A DNA stretch of 64,000 bases from Podarcis tiliguerta (taxonomy: Eukaryota): assembly GCA_965153285.1 (NCBI GenBank), contig OZ229121.1; one strand, written 5' to 3'. Positions 23,538 to 36,624 of this stretch are shown here, piece by piece. The notes under the pieces were generated by a model. The model was not told the origin of the DNA. It ran no database searches and saw nothing but the letters and a program-made list of their open reading frames with translations. Positions within the stretch are counted from its first letter, which is position 1; every line of letters begins with the position of its first letter. The translations under genes were made by a program, and so were the position numbers.

Positions 23538-25055
23538 GCTGGAAGGAAAAGAATTTGGGGGCTGTGATAAGAATGCTGCAGAGATTCTGGGAGTTGGAAG
23601 GGAGTATCAAATCTTTTGAAAACTGCCCACCTTTTCCTAGGCTGAGGGGGAAATGGCAAAGATCTGAAGCATGTTTTACTAGTGAGACAGAATGGTTTCT
23701 AGCGGACTGTTGCCTGTTGTTCCAATACATCGAAGTAAGGGATGAAGAGATAGGACCTCTGAGAAACTTTGAGATTCAAATCTGCCCCAAGCCACGATGT
23801 GAGAAAACAACAGCTGGGAAGTGAAATAATTTGGCTATTATTGGGGGTATATTGGTAAACTAATAAAAAAAATCAAATAAAATCAGAACAAGGTATACAC
23901 AGCTGAAAGGACCAGCATGGCTCTGTATAAGGCAGCTTCATATGTTATTTTTCAAGTTCAGAGATGTGTGCCTTGGAATATTAGCTGCTGAACAGCAAAC
24001 AATGGAGGGGGCTGTGTTCTTGATCCACCTATTGACATCCTAAAAGTACTGGGAGAGGCACCATTTACAATGGGATACTGGACAAAATTGACACTTTGAC
24101 CAAGGAGAACTGTTCTTACGTTCCCGAGGAGCTAGCCTTTTTGAACCTATATCCCTGACTTAACAAGTTTGTAGACTTGTCTTCTTCAAACAGATGGGAA
24201 GACTTCAAAGAAAGCTAGCAAAGTAAGTTCATTTTTCTGAAAGACTTTCTCTACTTGCTGCAGTCGGTTACACAAATTGTCTCCCTAAATCAATATTGAC
24301 GTATTTTTCTCCCTCCATCTAGCATGGAGCTATTTTTTATCTAATGGCGCAGTCTGCTGTTGGGAGAGGTTTTTTCTCTGCTGCAATTTTTTACATGGAA
24401 CTGGAATTTTCTTTTCCCCCATGCGGTTCAGGTGCTCTGAATGTAGTGAATGTAGTGACTAAATGTACAGTATTCCAGTCAGGCATCCATATTAAATGCT
24501 AATATCGGTCTTCAAATCTATTTCCAGGACTATATATATATTCCATGATCATACCACAGGAACCTAACAATCTCATTCTCAGCCTTTAAAAGTTTCTAGT
24601 CCTTAAGACTACAAGGAAAGATTTCAAAGTGTGTGGTCAAATGTCTGGTGAAGTCTCAGAGGCTGATGGGTAAAAGCAAGTGCATATTGAACATGTGCAT
24701 GATTTCTTATGATGAACACAACGGGCCCAGCAAAAGTGCTCCCTGTATCTCTTTGAGAATAATGCATATTTAATGCAATTATGTAAAGTATGCACGTTTG
24801 CATAATTTATACAGATCACAGAATTAAATTCTGTTTCAGCAGAATTTGAATATGTAATAAATTTTAATTAATTTTGTTTAGCTCCCGGTCTATATTATTT
24901 TGCTTATTTCTAATTGGCCAGTACAAAATTCTAGCAATGGCAACATATTTTAATCGACAAATGATTTTTTGGGAAGTGCATAATATATTAAGAACTGAAC
25001 ATCTATTCTCAATACACACAATGATTTCTCAAAACAAGCTGAATGAAACCAACCA

Positions 25056-25056
<1 letters not shown>

Positions 25057-25108
<52 letters not shown>

Positions 25109-25110
25109 AC
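25057..25110. repeat. (AC)n microsatellite
   Basis: Directly visible. Confidence 0.95.
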
Positions 25111-26395
25111 ATGTAATAATTTATCATCCTACTCCTTTACATCCAGAAGCAAGTCTTATAAAAGACAAGCAAACAACAACATGATTTTGTGTCTCATGTT
25201 CACTGGGACCAATATGACAATTACTAATGATAAATAACATCCAATAGTTGTTCACAGCTGTGCAATAGATAATACCTTGACAGGTCTCGTATCACCATCA
25301 AAATAATTTAATGTGCCATCAAATATTATTAAAAAGCATTTCTACAAATTACCCAGGCATGGCCTAATGCATATAATGTCAACTCAAAATCTCATGAGGT
25401 GAAATATTTGTTTCTTTTCTTAAGAAGTGCCTGCCTACTAGTTTGTCTTTTGGTCACAATTCGTCCTGGTGCAATGTCCCTCCTCCACTGTTCTGTGTGA
25501 CAAGGGCTGAGAGACACAATCCTTCTCTGTGTTGATCTCCACCTTTTGTACAGAGCCCTGCACAGTTCTTACTACCTCCTTTTCCAACAGAGATCAGTGC
25601 TCTCATTGACTTCCCTATGAGAAATTTACATTGCTGCAGCAGGAAAAAACAATTGTGGCAAAAGCAAAGCATGTGTCTCTGAATTCACTGTCTCTGGTGA
25701 CGATGGAAGTCAATTTTGTCCTTTCTTCATGCGCATCCACCTTTACTTTCTCATACAGAAGTAAAATACTTATTTTGCATTTACAAATATGCAGCAATGA
25801 TGCCTTTACTGAAACATTAGACAACTACTCTGTTTGCATTCAGAAGTTAGTAACCTGAAGGCAGTACTCCGGAAGCCCTACCCTCCAGCAAACTCACAAG
25901 CTGGTCTTAGACAAGGTGCTATCTCTCTCAGACAAATCTGAAGTCTCTCACCCCTTCCCGGCAACCCACAATAATGGAATCAATGCTTACAGGACTGGTG
26001 CAAGACTTACTGAGAAAGTATGCAAATTGCTTTGAACAATCTAAAGCACTACACACATGTCATGCATTATTATTTTGTGGCTTGACTTTCTAACAGTTAG
26101 AACCTGCTTCACATTTCCACATAACGTGGAACAACATAAAGGGGATATAATCAACAAGGCGGAAAATCTTCCTCCTACCCTCAGTATGAATGACCACAGT
26201 TATCTAGTGAAGTAATTTGCCTCCAGTTGACTGTGTTCCTGTATGCACTCTATTTAGTTCCTCCCACAGAATGGATAGCTCCCATTGATTTATTTGACAG
26301 AAATGAAATATGCAGTCTGTCATCATGAATCTGTCCACCAAGTGAGAACACCATCAGATGCTCTTCTCTGTGTCCTCACCTTTAGAGACACCTTT

Positions 26396-26758
26396 AAAGG
26401 TAAAGGTACCTCTGCCCGTACGGGCCAGTCTTGACAGACTCTAGGGTTGCGTGCTCATCTCACTCTAGAGGCCGGGAGCCAGCACTGTCCGCAGACACTT
26501 CCGGGTCACGTGGCCAGCGTGACGAAGCTGCTCTGGCAAACCGGCACCAGAGCAGCACACGGAAATGCCATTTACCTTCCCGCTATAAAGCGGTACCGAT
26601 TTATCTACTTGCACTTAAGGGTGCTTTCGAACTGCTAGGTGGGCAGGAGCTGGGACCGAACAACGGGAGCTCACCCCGCTGCAGGGATTCGAACCGCCGA
26701 CCATGCGATCGGCAAGTCCTAGGTGCTGAGGTTTTACCCACAGCGCCACCCGCGTCCC
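26396..26758 (-). mobile_element. Full-length Sauria SINE
   Basis: Minus-strand head gggacgcgggtggcgctgtggg, B-box ggttcgaatccc, core 'ctagcagttcgaaagcac...gtgcaagtagataaat', (ACCTTT)n tail. Confidence 0.92.
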
Positions 26759-26802
26759 TGGACACCCGAGACACCTTTAGAGAGTGGGTAATTACAAAAA
26801 GT

Positions 26803-27168
26803 GGGATGCGGGTGGCGCTGTGGGCTTGCCGATCAAAAGGTTGGTGGTTTGAATCCCTGCTTCTGTCGGTGAGCTTCTGTTGCTCGGTCCCAGCTCCTGC
26901 CAACCTAGCAATTCGAAAGCACGCCAAAAAGTGCAAGTAGATTAATAGGTACCACTGTGGCAGGAAGGTAAAAGGCGTTTCCGTGCGCTGCTCTGGTGTC
27001 GGTGTTCCATTGCGCCAGAAGCAGCTTAGTCTTGCTGGCCACATGACCCGGAAAAACTGCCTGTGGAGCGGAAAAACACCAGTTCCTTCGGCCTGTAAAG
27101 CGAGATGAGCGCCGCAACCCCCGAGTTGTTTGCGACTGGACTTCACTGTCAGGGGTCCCTTTACCCTT
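26803..27168 (+). mobile_element. Full-length Sauria SINE
   Basis: Head gggatgcgggtggcgctgtggg, tail ggtccctttacccttt; 14-bp TSD taattacaaaaagt at 26789-26802 and 27278-27291. Confidence 0.92.
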
Positions 27169-27274
27169 TTGTGGTTGTTTTTTAGTCGTTTAGTTGTGTC
27201 CGACTCTTCGTGACCCCATGGACCAGAGCACGCCAGGCACTTCTGTCTTCCACTGCCTCCCGCAGTTTGGTCAG
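27169..27274 (-). mobile_element. Bov-B 3' terminus fragment
   Basis: Reverse complement of ...ggcgtgctctggtccatggggtcacgaagagtcggacacaactaaacgactaaa; matches 35084-35186. Confidence 0.9.
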
Positions 27275-27964
27275 ACCTAATTACAAAAAGTAGTGCCTTT
27301 TTGTGTTGGCACCTAAGCTGTGTCTCTTCAGCCTATCCACCTGGTTTCATCTCTTTTAGGTGCCAGGCAAAAGTCCAGATATCTCATGCTGTAAATGGTA
27401 CTCAATATCATGTGTGTTTGGTTTTTAAGCTGCACCTTTTATCTCTGCTCCTATTCTGTTTTTACTGATGTTTAATGTTGAAACGTTATGTTAATGTTTT
27501 GTATGACTCCCTGTTTGGAAACCATCCTAGCTCTGAAAGGATGGGAATAAATCCAATCTATAAATCAATACAAAAGCCCCCTTTGCCAATATTCATGAAT
27601 AGTTGTGGTTTAAGGTGGTTTGCTTGCAAAAGTGCAGCTCACATCATTTGGTAGCAAACAAAATACATACCTTCATTAAAAACAAAGTCAGTGCTTTTTA
27701 TAAACCTTTGCTTTCCTGGGCTGAATGCTAAAACATGCCTCATCAATTTTTAAACTTTCCACTTGCAGATACATTCTGTCATAAGGTAACATTTCCAACA
27801 AGCCAGTTGTAATATGCATTCCAAAACTACAATCATGTGAGGAGTGAACCATGTGCCCACAGGAAATAGCTTTGAATCAGCTCTGTGTACAAGGGAGAAA
27901 TTGACCCCCCCCCCGCTACATTTGCCTCTGACAAATCTACCTGCTAGCTTTCACTTGGAAAGTA

Positions 27965-28203
27965 CAGTGGTACCTAGGGTTACATATGCTTCAGGTTACA
28001 GACACTTCAGTTTACAGACTCCCCTAACCCAGAAATAGTGCCTTGGGTGAAGAACTTTGCTTCAGGATGAGAACAGGAATCGTGCTCTGGTGGCACAGTG
28101 CCAGCGGGAGGCCCCGTTAGCTAAAGTGGTGCTTCAGGTTAAGAACAGTTTCAGGTTAATGGACCTCCGGAATGAATTAAGTTCTTAACCCGAGGTACCA
28201 CTA
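27965..28203. mobile_element. Tigger/pogo-like MITE
   Basis: TA|cagtggtacctagggtta ... ttaacccgaggtaccact; same family as 56366-56614. Confidence 0.85.
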
Positions 28204-28221
28204 TATTTTTAAATCCAATGA

Positions 28222-28263
28222 TTTGGTTTGGTTTGGTTTGGTTTGGTTTGGTTTGGTTTGTTT
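28222..28263. repeat. (GGTTT)n microsatellite
   Basis: Directly visible. Confidence 0.95.
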
Positions 28264-31149
28264 CTTTTGCAATTAGACCTGCAGGTGACAAATGCAACTT
28301 CTGGAAGTAAGGAACTTTCAGATCTATACCAGGTAGCAGGAGAGTGATCTGGGAAAGAAATCCCTCCTCTCCCCCTTCAATAGAAAAATATTTTATTAGC
28401 TGCAAGAGTAATAAAGCAAACCTGCTGATAGCAGGGGATATTACTAGAGTAAAGAGAGACAATAACCACGTTTTAGGCTGCACTGCAGCGACACAAATAC
28501 ACTGGCAATGATTTTTGTCAAATCATCTATCTGCCTACCTCAGTGTAATTTCAAATTATTGGCTGTGAACTACTTTGCCAAGGGAAGCTTTTTTTAAAAA
28601 ATATGCCCCTGGGGGTTCATCTCGCAGAAACAGCAGGTAAGGAAAGGATTAATATATCCCTGCAGCAAATGCAGCTCTGGAGAGTTCCTTTGTACTGGCC
28701 TCCAGCTTAGTCTGCTGCAAAGAGAGATGGGAATTGTGCGTCCAAATGTAAAGGGGAAGCACAAGGGGGGGTGCATGGAGGGGGTGACCTTTCAATTTAA
28801 AGGCAAAGGCTGTGCTCCCCTAGCCTGATCCAAAGGAGCAATCAATATTAATTAAGTGGTGATGCAGTCAATAAAGGTGCTGGGCTTGAGGTTTGGGGAG
28901 TGGTGTTTGGTGAAGTGATTTAGGACTTGGCCAAAGGACTACTCACCGCAGTGCCGCCTTCTGATGGATTGGCCAGTCCTTGGGTGCTGATTTCCTGCTA
29001 TGTGACCCTGGGCCCTCCTGTCCTGAGTGCGCCTCACATCTTTTCCTAGCAGCCTCCAGACTAGAGGCAAGGGCTGGCGCCTCAAACAAATAGGTTTGGG
29101 TTGATGATTTATCAGGTGAGAAAGGAAGGCTGTAATTGACTTCAGAAACCTAGGAGCTAAATTGCTGGCGGAGCTGTTAGAGAAGACAGCAGAGGTTTCA
29201 AAGAAAAGCTATATATGCCTCTCTGCCTTACGTATGTTGCATGAGAAGAGAGGAGCCCCAAATCAACGGTGGGTGGGTGCTTGCATATGTGTGCATGTTC
29301 CTGTATCACAAAGGATGAGAAGCCCCCTCTCTGTGGTTTTGTTTCCAGGGTGTGTGCATGTTTAAAAGGAATGATTTCCCCACCCGCCAAAGCAGCAGCA
29401 GCAGCCTTGCGGAAGTACAGAGCAAAATTGCTGATCCAGAGCTTTACAACAAAAAGAAGGCTGTTGCTGTTGTTAGTTTAAATGAATTGAGTAATTCATC
29501 TCTCCCTGCTCTCCCCACCTCCCCTCTCCAGTTGCTCAGCGCACCTCTATACATCATGCACTAAATTTCAGCTGACTCCTCGTTTTAAAGCCTTGGGAGG
29601 AGAGAGAAAAAGAGAATGGGGAAGGAAAGAAAAGGGGGAGGGGGGAAATGAATTTCCATAGTAATTTGTAGCTGAGCTGAAACAGAACAACTGCAGCCTA
29701 GAAATTAATTTATTCCTTCATTCCATGACGTTCTTGTGAGCTCTGAGCTCCTACTCTGTCCTCCACCTTATTAGCATGCACTTAAACACAAATTGAATTT
29801 TGAATAATCCCTGTGTCTCTAGCAAAGTTCCTTTCCCCTGGCTTTTCTCTCTCACGCCCACCACACCCACTCCCCCCTCCGCCACCCATCCCAAACTGCT
29901 GCTGTATTTTCCTGTGCAACACCACAGACATCAGCAAATGCAAAAATGCAAAGGCAAAAAACCCCACAAGTTTAACAAAAAAAGAGAAAAGTTTTAACTC
30001 TGTGTACTACTACTCTATGCAGACCAAAGGAAACACCCATGCATTCAGGATATGCATTCTAAAGACTGCAGAGAACATAGGATTTATTTTGCAACATTTA
30101 TTTGTTTCAACAGGGACATTTCTGGATGTAGTGCCTTGGAAACATGCAAACCAATGGAAGAACAGTTACCTACCAGTTTACTGATGGCAGAGGCTGCTGA
30201 AGAAAAGGTGGTGCTGGTAGTAGTGGTCACTTTTTGGTGCGCTGATATCATCATTGACATGGTGGCAAAAATGACAAGAGATCTCCTTTTACTCTTAAAT
30301 CAGATCAAAGCCATGCTCTGCCTTTCCACCACACAAAAAGCTTCTGGATCCTCTCTTGCACTCAGCATACCTTCTCCTTTCCATTAGGAAATCATGCCCA
30401 AATAATCCAACATCTTTCTCATATGTGGTTTTGCTCCTCTTCCTCCAGGGCTTTGTAACACCAAGATAAAGTAACCTCTCTCCCACTCCTTCCCAATAGC
30501 AAGTCCACAGGAAATTTTTTGTGAATGGCTTGCACAAAGATGAAATCAAGCCACTTACAGGCACAACTGCTCGCTTCACCCCAACTTAGCTCTGCAAATT
30601 CTCTCTGTGATATCTAACTAGCTAGATATTTTACAACCCACCCACCGTCTCTCCCCCTTCTCTCTTTTCTCCTCTTCCCCAAGCCCACCGGCTCCAAATG
30701 CGGCTTATAGTCTTTGGTTGTGATAAACCCCCAACAATATTTATGCTGTTGCCTTAGCCTGTCGTAAATTATTTCAGCTCCCAGGAAGAGATAGCCCCTC
30801 TGGCTCTGCTGGGTATGCCATTTTATTTATGTTGCACTTACATACCTGAATACTGAACTCTGTATTTAAATAAGACAACAAATCAATGCTACAAGGAAGG
30901 AGAAAGGGGGAGGGAGGGAGACTAGCAAGTCACTAGGTCTTTCCTTTTCAAAGTGCTGAAATAACAAATAGATTTAAATAAACTGTTGACCAGGTGAGAA
31001 AATATCACTGTTGCAATATAGGGGTGTGCCTCTTATATATCAGAGGGAGTGGGCAGGAGACTCACCATTAACATTTCAGTTAAGTCTCTGCTATGGGTAG
31101 TGCGATATCAATGGGGGACAAACAAATAGGATATTGCTACAGTCGGTAT

Positions 31150-31398
31150 CTCCTGCCAACCTAGCAGTTCGAAAGCACGTCGAAGTGCAAGTAGATAAAT
31201 AGGTACCACTCCGGTGGGAAGGTAAACGCCATTTCTGTGCGCTGCTCTGGTTCGCCAGAAGCAGCTTAGTCATGCTGGCCACATGATCCAGAAGCTGTAC
31301 GCCAGCTCCCTCGGCCAATAAAGCAAGATGAGCACCGCAACCCCAGAGTCATCCGTGACTGGACCTAATGGTCAGGGGTCCCTTTACCTTTACCTTTA
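31150..31398 (+). mobile_element. 5'-truncated Sauria SINE
   Basis: Core plus (ACCTTT)n tail; TSD acagtcggtat / acagtcagtat. Confidence 0.92.
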
Positions 31399-31579
31399 AC
31401 AGTCAGTATATCTTTTTGAGCTTGAGCTTCTCAGAAAGGTTGGAGGGTTACCAGTTGGTTCCATATTATGATGGGTTTGAAGGTGTACTCAGGTGGCAAT
31501 TTAGACCAACTTCCTAACCGCCTCCAAATGCACTCAAGACACCCCTGAAAGCAGCTTCATGCAAGAACATTTCCAAAAA

Positions 31580-31890
31580 GGTAACTGTGTTTGCTGGTTT
31601 TGCTGCAACAGACTAAAAGCCTCGTGGGACCATGCAGACTAGCAAATTTATTATGGCATAAAGTTTTCATAAAATAAAGTCCACGTCTCCAGATGTATGA
31701 TGCACTATCCTACGCTGGCAAGCAGATATTTATTTTACTCTACATTGCAGAGTCCACAGCTATGTGCATATACACCTGTCAACTTGAGAAAATGCTCCAT
31801 GTATCCGATGTAGTGGGCTTTGTCCCATGAAAGCTTGTGCCACAACAATTTGCTAGTCCTTATGAAGTACCACAAAAGTGACTGCTGTTT
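31580..31890. mobile_element. Degenerate Penelope-like fragment with inverted terminal repeat arrangement
   Basis: 'gactagcaaattttattatggcataaagttttcat' and the inverted 'atgaaagcttgtgccacaacaatttgctagtc'. Confidence 0.55.
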
Positions 31891-33036
31891 TCATAGGAAG
31901 ATTTCCTACATAGGTTACCACACTTTCGTAGCATGCAATGCAGACACTTGTCTGTTCTCAGTTGTGTACAGGCAGCAGGAAGCCACAACTGGCAATGAAT
32001 TCCCATCAAGTTTTCCATGCAGCCCAAATGTTTTGCCATGCATGTTTCCTAAATAATATGTGTTCTTTAAATGGTAAGAATGCAAGAAGCACCTGCTGGC
32101 CCACCTAAGCCAGCATCTTGCTCTCATGGTGCTTATCCTGTGGGAAACTCTAAAGCAGAACTCAGGCACAAGAACATTCTCCACTCCTGTGGTTTTCAGC
32201 AACCAATAATAGCAATGTATACAGGAAAATAGACTTGTGGGAAGCAGCCCTCAGAGGCAAGCTTATTTCTAGTTTTGCTCTTTCTTACTTTTAATTCTTT
32301 AATTCTTGAAAACCACACCATTTGTCACTGGTAAATGAAGGGGAGCTATGAGCTTGCTGGATGTTCGGAGGTGGGCAGAAGGTGGAGCTTAATTACTCCT
32401 TAATAGCTGTACTTTGTCTCATTTGCAAAATAAAAACTTAACAAAAAAATTTCAGTTCATTGTTTTCAGCTGAAATGAGTAGATACCACAGTGTTTTCCT
32501 TTGGTCTCAAGAAATGTCACAGCTATTCTTTCTATAATGAGTTGTGGTGCTGTAATAAAGGGTGGGGCGAAAGCCCTACTCTAGAAACATTTTGTAAAAT
32601 AGTACAAGGACCAAGGTAAATTCCTCTTGATTTATCTATTTCAGTAACAGATAAAGAGCTGTCATATAGAAATAACTATGTGAACCGCCAAGAGAAATAT
32701 CTGAGTGAAGGAAGACCCAATGTATATACTCCTCTTTAAAGAACATTGTAGGAACCAAGCGGTTTTGTCCTTAGTTCAATACTGCCCTCTTGCCTGAATG
32801 ATAACAGGCTATCATGGCTAGAGAGAACTCGCACTGCACAATGCATTACTTGGGTCATACAGAAAACATGTGTAGCACACTAAAATCAGAAAAGGAATTA
32901 CTTTCACTTGTTTTCCAGAACAATAGGTGCACTAGGATCAGGATTTGTTCTTATTGGTCTCTATCTTTAAATAGGAAGAATCGGGTCTGGATGCAAATTA
33001 AGGAATTTGTCAGATAGCTAGGAATAGTTCAGGGAA

Positions 33037-33163
33037 GGGCCATAGCTCAGTGAGGAGAGACTGTTCTCTGAAATCCTGGAAACCTGCTGCCAGTCAGTGT
33101 GAGCAATACAGAATTAGATGGAACAATTGTCTGACGCAGTATAAGGCAGCTTCCTGTGTTCCT
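33037..33163 (+). mobile_element. tRNA-derived SINE with CR1-type tail (internally deleted)
   Basis: gggccatagctcagtg head; 'ctgctgccagtcagtgt...tagatgga...gtataaggcagcttcct.tgttccta'; related pieces at 23905-23945, 34665-34980 (minus) and 35555-35700. Confidence 0.65.
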
Positions 33164-33269
33164 AAAAGGTTTTCAATCCCAGGGATTCAAAACCCTGCCT
33201 CAAAGGCGTGGCTCAGTCAACCTGACCACAAGAATATATTTTGTTGTAAGCTGGCATCTGTCTCGGGAG

Positions 33270-33700
33270 CCAATAGAGGAGTGTGCCTTTTGGAGTGAAG
33301 TCAAACCATTGGAGAGTTACAGCACCTGCTATGGCTTTAGAGACAGATATGGGAGAGACATGTTTTGTTGCAGCTGGGACAGATGAAGGCATCTGGTTCT
33401 GCTGATGCAGATGCATTGTGCCATTTCTTCTCTCTACACTCCTCCTCTGGCCACTGCTGTGGATCCACAACCTGACCGTCTGTCTCCAGGCACTGTGCTC
33501 GTCTGCAAGGGATTTTCACACAGTGGGGTTGATGCTGCCAGGCTTCTCATTTGCAAACATATTTGTAACACAGAGTTGGTCTGCCAACGGACCTGGGGAT
33601 CCTGCCATCTTCCATTCTGTGGCCATGATCAAGCCAGCGTAGACGTCACCAAGAGAGGAGTGTGAACATGCTGGGAATGTAAGCTTGGAAGAGCTTGTTT
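33270..33700 (-). mobile_element. Degenerate RTE-clade LINE 3' region (not Bov-B)
   Basis: Minus strand HRMEDGRIP...GRPTLCYK.VCK and C-terminal zinc finger DAFICPSCNKTCLSH. Confidence 0.75.
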
Positions 33701-34725
33701 GAGACTCTGTTCCACCATGTGGTGCCCAAAATCTTCCACTCCCAAAATTTGCAATGGCTACTTTCAAAACACAATACCAATTGTTACCTTTTCCGAAGAG
33801 TATGTGCTTCCTCTTATATATAGCTTTAAAAAAAAAAAAATTCTCAAGGATTATAAAATTTATGCCACTGTATGTGGCTGACAGAAATACAGGCTCAGGG
33901 TATAGCACAAAGGGACGTGGTGCTGCAAGCTTGCTGAAGCTAACCTGGTCTAGGTCTGGTCAGTAACTGTATGTGAGACCACCTGGGAAACTGATATACA
34001 GCTCCATGAGTTCCATCATAGAATAAAAGCAATATATAAATGCGATAAAATAAATCATATTCCTTAATATGAAATAAAACTGAACGTCAAGAGCAACATT
34101 TGCAGAAGGCACAATCTATCAAAGTAATCTCATGTGTAACATTTGAATGAAACATTGCAAAACATAAAACCACAACCCTTTCGCAAAATCCTTTCCCCCT
34201 CCAAACAACCAACCAACACATTCCAGATGAGGCACAAATGCAGCATGGGGGAAAAAATATCTCCGACAGAATAAAACTCATCATCAGTTTTATGAGCTAT
34301 TCCACCCAAAGAGAAATATCTTTATTTTAATACCCAGTTATCCTATGCTTTTTATGCATATAAGCTGCCCATTAAACGAAGCCGTATTGAATGGGAAAAG
34401 GATAATCATAATTATAATACAAACTTGATTTTTCCAGTTTTGTATTACTTATTTGGCATGCTGAATTGCTATGGTATTTGACTGCCTTATATTTCAAATG
34501 GCTCTGCTCACTTAGTCTCACACAGGACAGGGGCCTCGCACGGTTCATTCATCAGAACAAATTGACACATTAGCAGCTTGGTGCATAACAAATTGACTGG
34601 CCATTCCCAATTATCTCTACCCTCACAGTTGTGCTATTCTGAAGAAGGAAAGCATGCCCATTATGAACATATGAAGCTGCCTTAGACTAAGTTCTTTGGT
34701 GCATCTAGCCCAGTGCTGTCAATTA

Positions 34726-34862
34726 CAGGTGTGGGAAACCTGTGGCCACCCAGATGTTCTCCAATTCCAGTTGTCATCAGCTGCAGCTAGCATAGCCAAA
34801 GATAAAGTATGATGGGAGTTGGAATCAAGCAAGATATGGAGGGCTACAGTTCCCTCACCCAG
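34726..34862. mobile_element. Old URR1-like hAT MITE nested in a SINE
   Basis: caggtgtgggaaacctgtggcc...cagatg...gatgggagttg...ggagggctacagttccctcaccc. Confidence 0.6.
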
Positions 34863-35083
34863 TCTACAGTGACTAGTAGCTGCTCGCCAAGATCACAATC
34901 AGATGTCTTTCATACCACCCGCAACTTGATCCTTGCATCTGAAGGTACCTGGTTTTGAACCCAGATACTTCTGCGTACAAAGTGTTTCACCCCTGAGGTT
35001 CCTCTCCAGACTACTCTGGTAGGTCAGTATGTTTAGAATGCATAATAGCCTCATTGTGTCTAGATAGCCACTTTCAGGTAATA

Positions 35084-35443
35084 TTGTTGTTGTTTAGTTG
35101 TTTAGTCATGTCCGACTCTTTGTGACCCCATGAACCAGAGCACGCCAGGCACTCCTGTCTTCCACTGCCTCCCGCAGTTTGGTCAAACTCATGTTGGTAG
35201 CTTCGAGAACACTGTCCAACCATCTCGTCCTCTGTCATCCCCTTCTACTTGTGCCCTCCATCTTTCCCAACATCAGGGTCTTTTCCAGGGAGTCTTCTCT
35301 TCTCATGAGGTGGCCAAAGTATTGGAGCCTCAGCTTCACGATCTGTCCTTCCAGTGAGCACTCACGGCTGATTTTCTTAAGAATGGATAGGTTTGATCTT
35401 CTTGCGGTCCATGGGACTCTCAAGAGTCTCCTCCAGCACATCT
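35084..35443 (-). mobile_element. Bov-B LINE 3' end
   Basis: CWRRLLRVPWTARRSN.SILK.IS.ECSLEG.I.KLRLQYFGHLMRREDSLEKTLMLGK plus (CAA)n tail. Confidence 0.95.
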
Positions 35444-36217
35444 GGTTTAAAAGGAAATACACTAGCTTGCATAGTTTTAGACTGCACAACTGTTGTTCAC
35501 ATGAACTGTAAAAACTGTTGCCATGTTCTTGCTTACTTGGTTCTGTCAATTGTGGGAGGTCTGTAGCTCAGTGATTTGCATGCTTCCAGGTGGAGTTGTG
35601 GGAAAGCTTCTCCTTCATTTGGTCCTTCCTGAAACCCTGCAGAGCCACTGCCAGTCAGTGTCGACAATACTGAACTAGATGGACCACAGGCCAGACTTGA
35701 AGCTGAACTGAAGTTTTCTTATTACCTGGATTTTCTTGAGTTCTGTTCTCTGTTCTGATGGTTGTTTTGATTATTATGCTGTTTTAATATTGGTCTAAAG
35801 GATTGGAACCATTCTACTGCTTCACTCAGTGAATGGTAGTTCAGACTAAGATTAAATAAATAAGACCAAACATTCATCTGGCTTACTTGGTTTGTGAATC
35901 ACATTTGTAGACATCAACATTTTTTTTCCCTTTTAAAATAAAAAATTAAAGGTCCCTAAATAAACTTGGTGCTTCAGCCACCTCTAGATCCAAAAGGATT
36001 CCTACCTGTGGCAATGTCTGTGGGGTGCTCTTGTCAATCACTGCCAAAGTAATCTTTAATATCTTGATCTTGCAGCCTTGTCTTCCTAAGAGACTTTCTC
36101 TAAAGTGCAGAAGTAATCGCCGTCAGAACTGCCATTCGAACTGTTATCAATCCCTTGGCTCTTCTATTGGACGACTGCTAAGCCTTCCAGCATCTCTTTA
36201 CAAATGCAAGGCGCAGG

Positions 36218-36624
36218 GTGGGGTAGCATGTGGCATTCTGAATGCCAGACTGATATTTTTAAAATGCATTCTCCCTCAGCCCACCCAGCCCCCAAATATT
36301 TATAAATTACAGGAGTTTCAGGTAGCCACTGTCATCATTAAAAATGGTCCTAGTGACCAATGCCATGTAGGACCAAAGGAACTGAGCAGCCTTCCATATT
36401 TTGGGCAAATCCTGCTTGTTATTTTATCTTCTTCTGCCTGTTTTACTCAGAGGCAAAACAAAAGCTGGTGGCCTTGCAGAGAAGAGAGCTTCTCCTTCCC
36501 ATGTACTTCCCTTGTACTTCCTTAATTCTGATATTTTGTCCTTTCTGTGCAGAGTTGCTTGTACACTAGGTTAGAGACGACCGCAATTTAGTGGTATATG
36601 AATTGTTGAGATTAAATAACTGTA
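36218..36624 (+). repeat. Dispersed direct repeat, copy 2 (copy 1 at 10809-11233)
   Basis: Collinear high-identity match. Confidence 0.9.

Noticed and set aside
23538-23659. N-terminal 40 aa of the 240-aa ORF
   Set aside because: Flanking DNA read in frame into the truncated CR1
26431-27146. 169- and 181-aa ORFs
   Set aside because: They lie within Sauria SINEs, which are non-coding
36025-36525. 166-aa ORF over the duplicated segment
   Set aside because: No recognisable homology, non-ATG start, and no corresponding ORF is listed over the other copy
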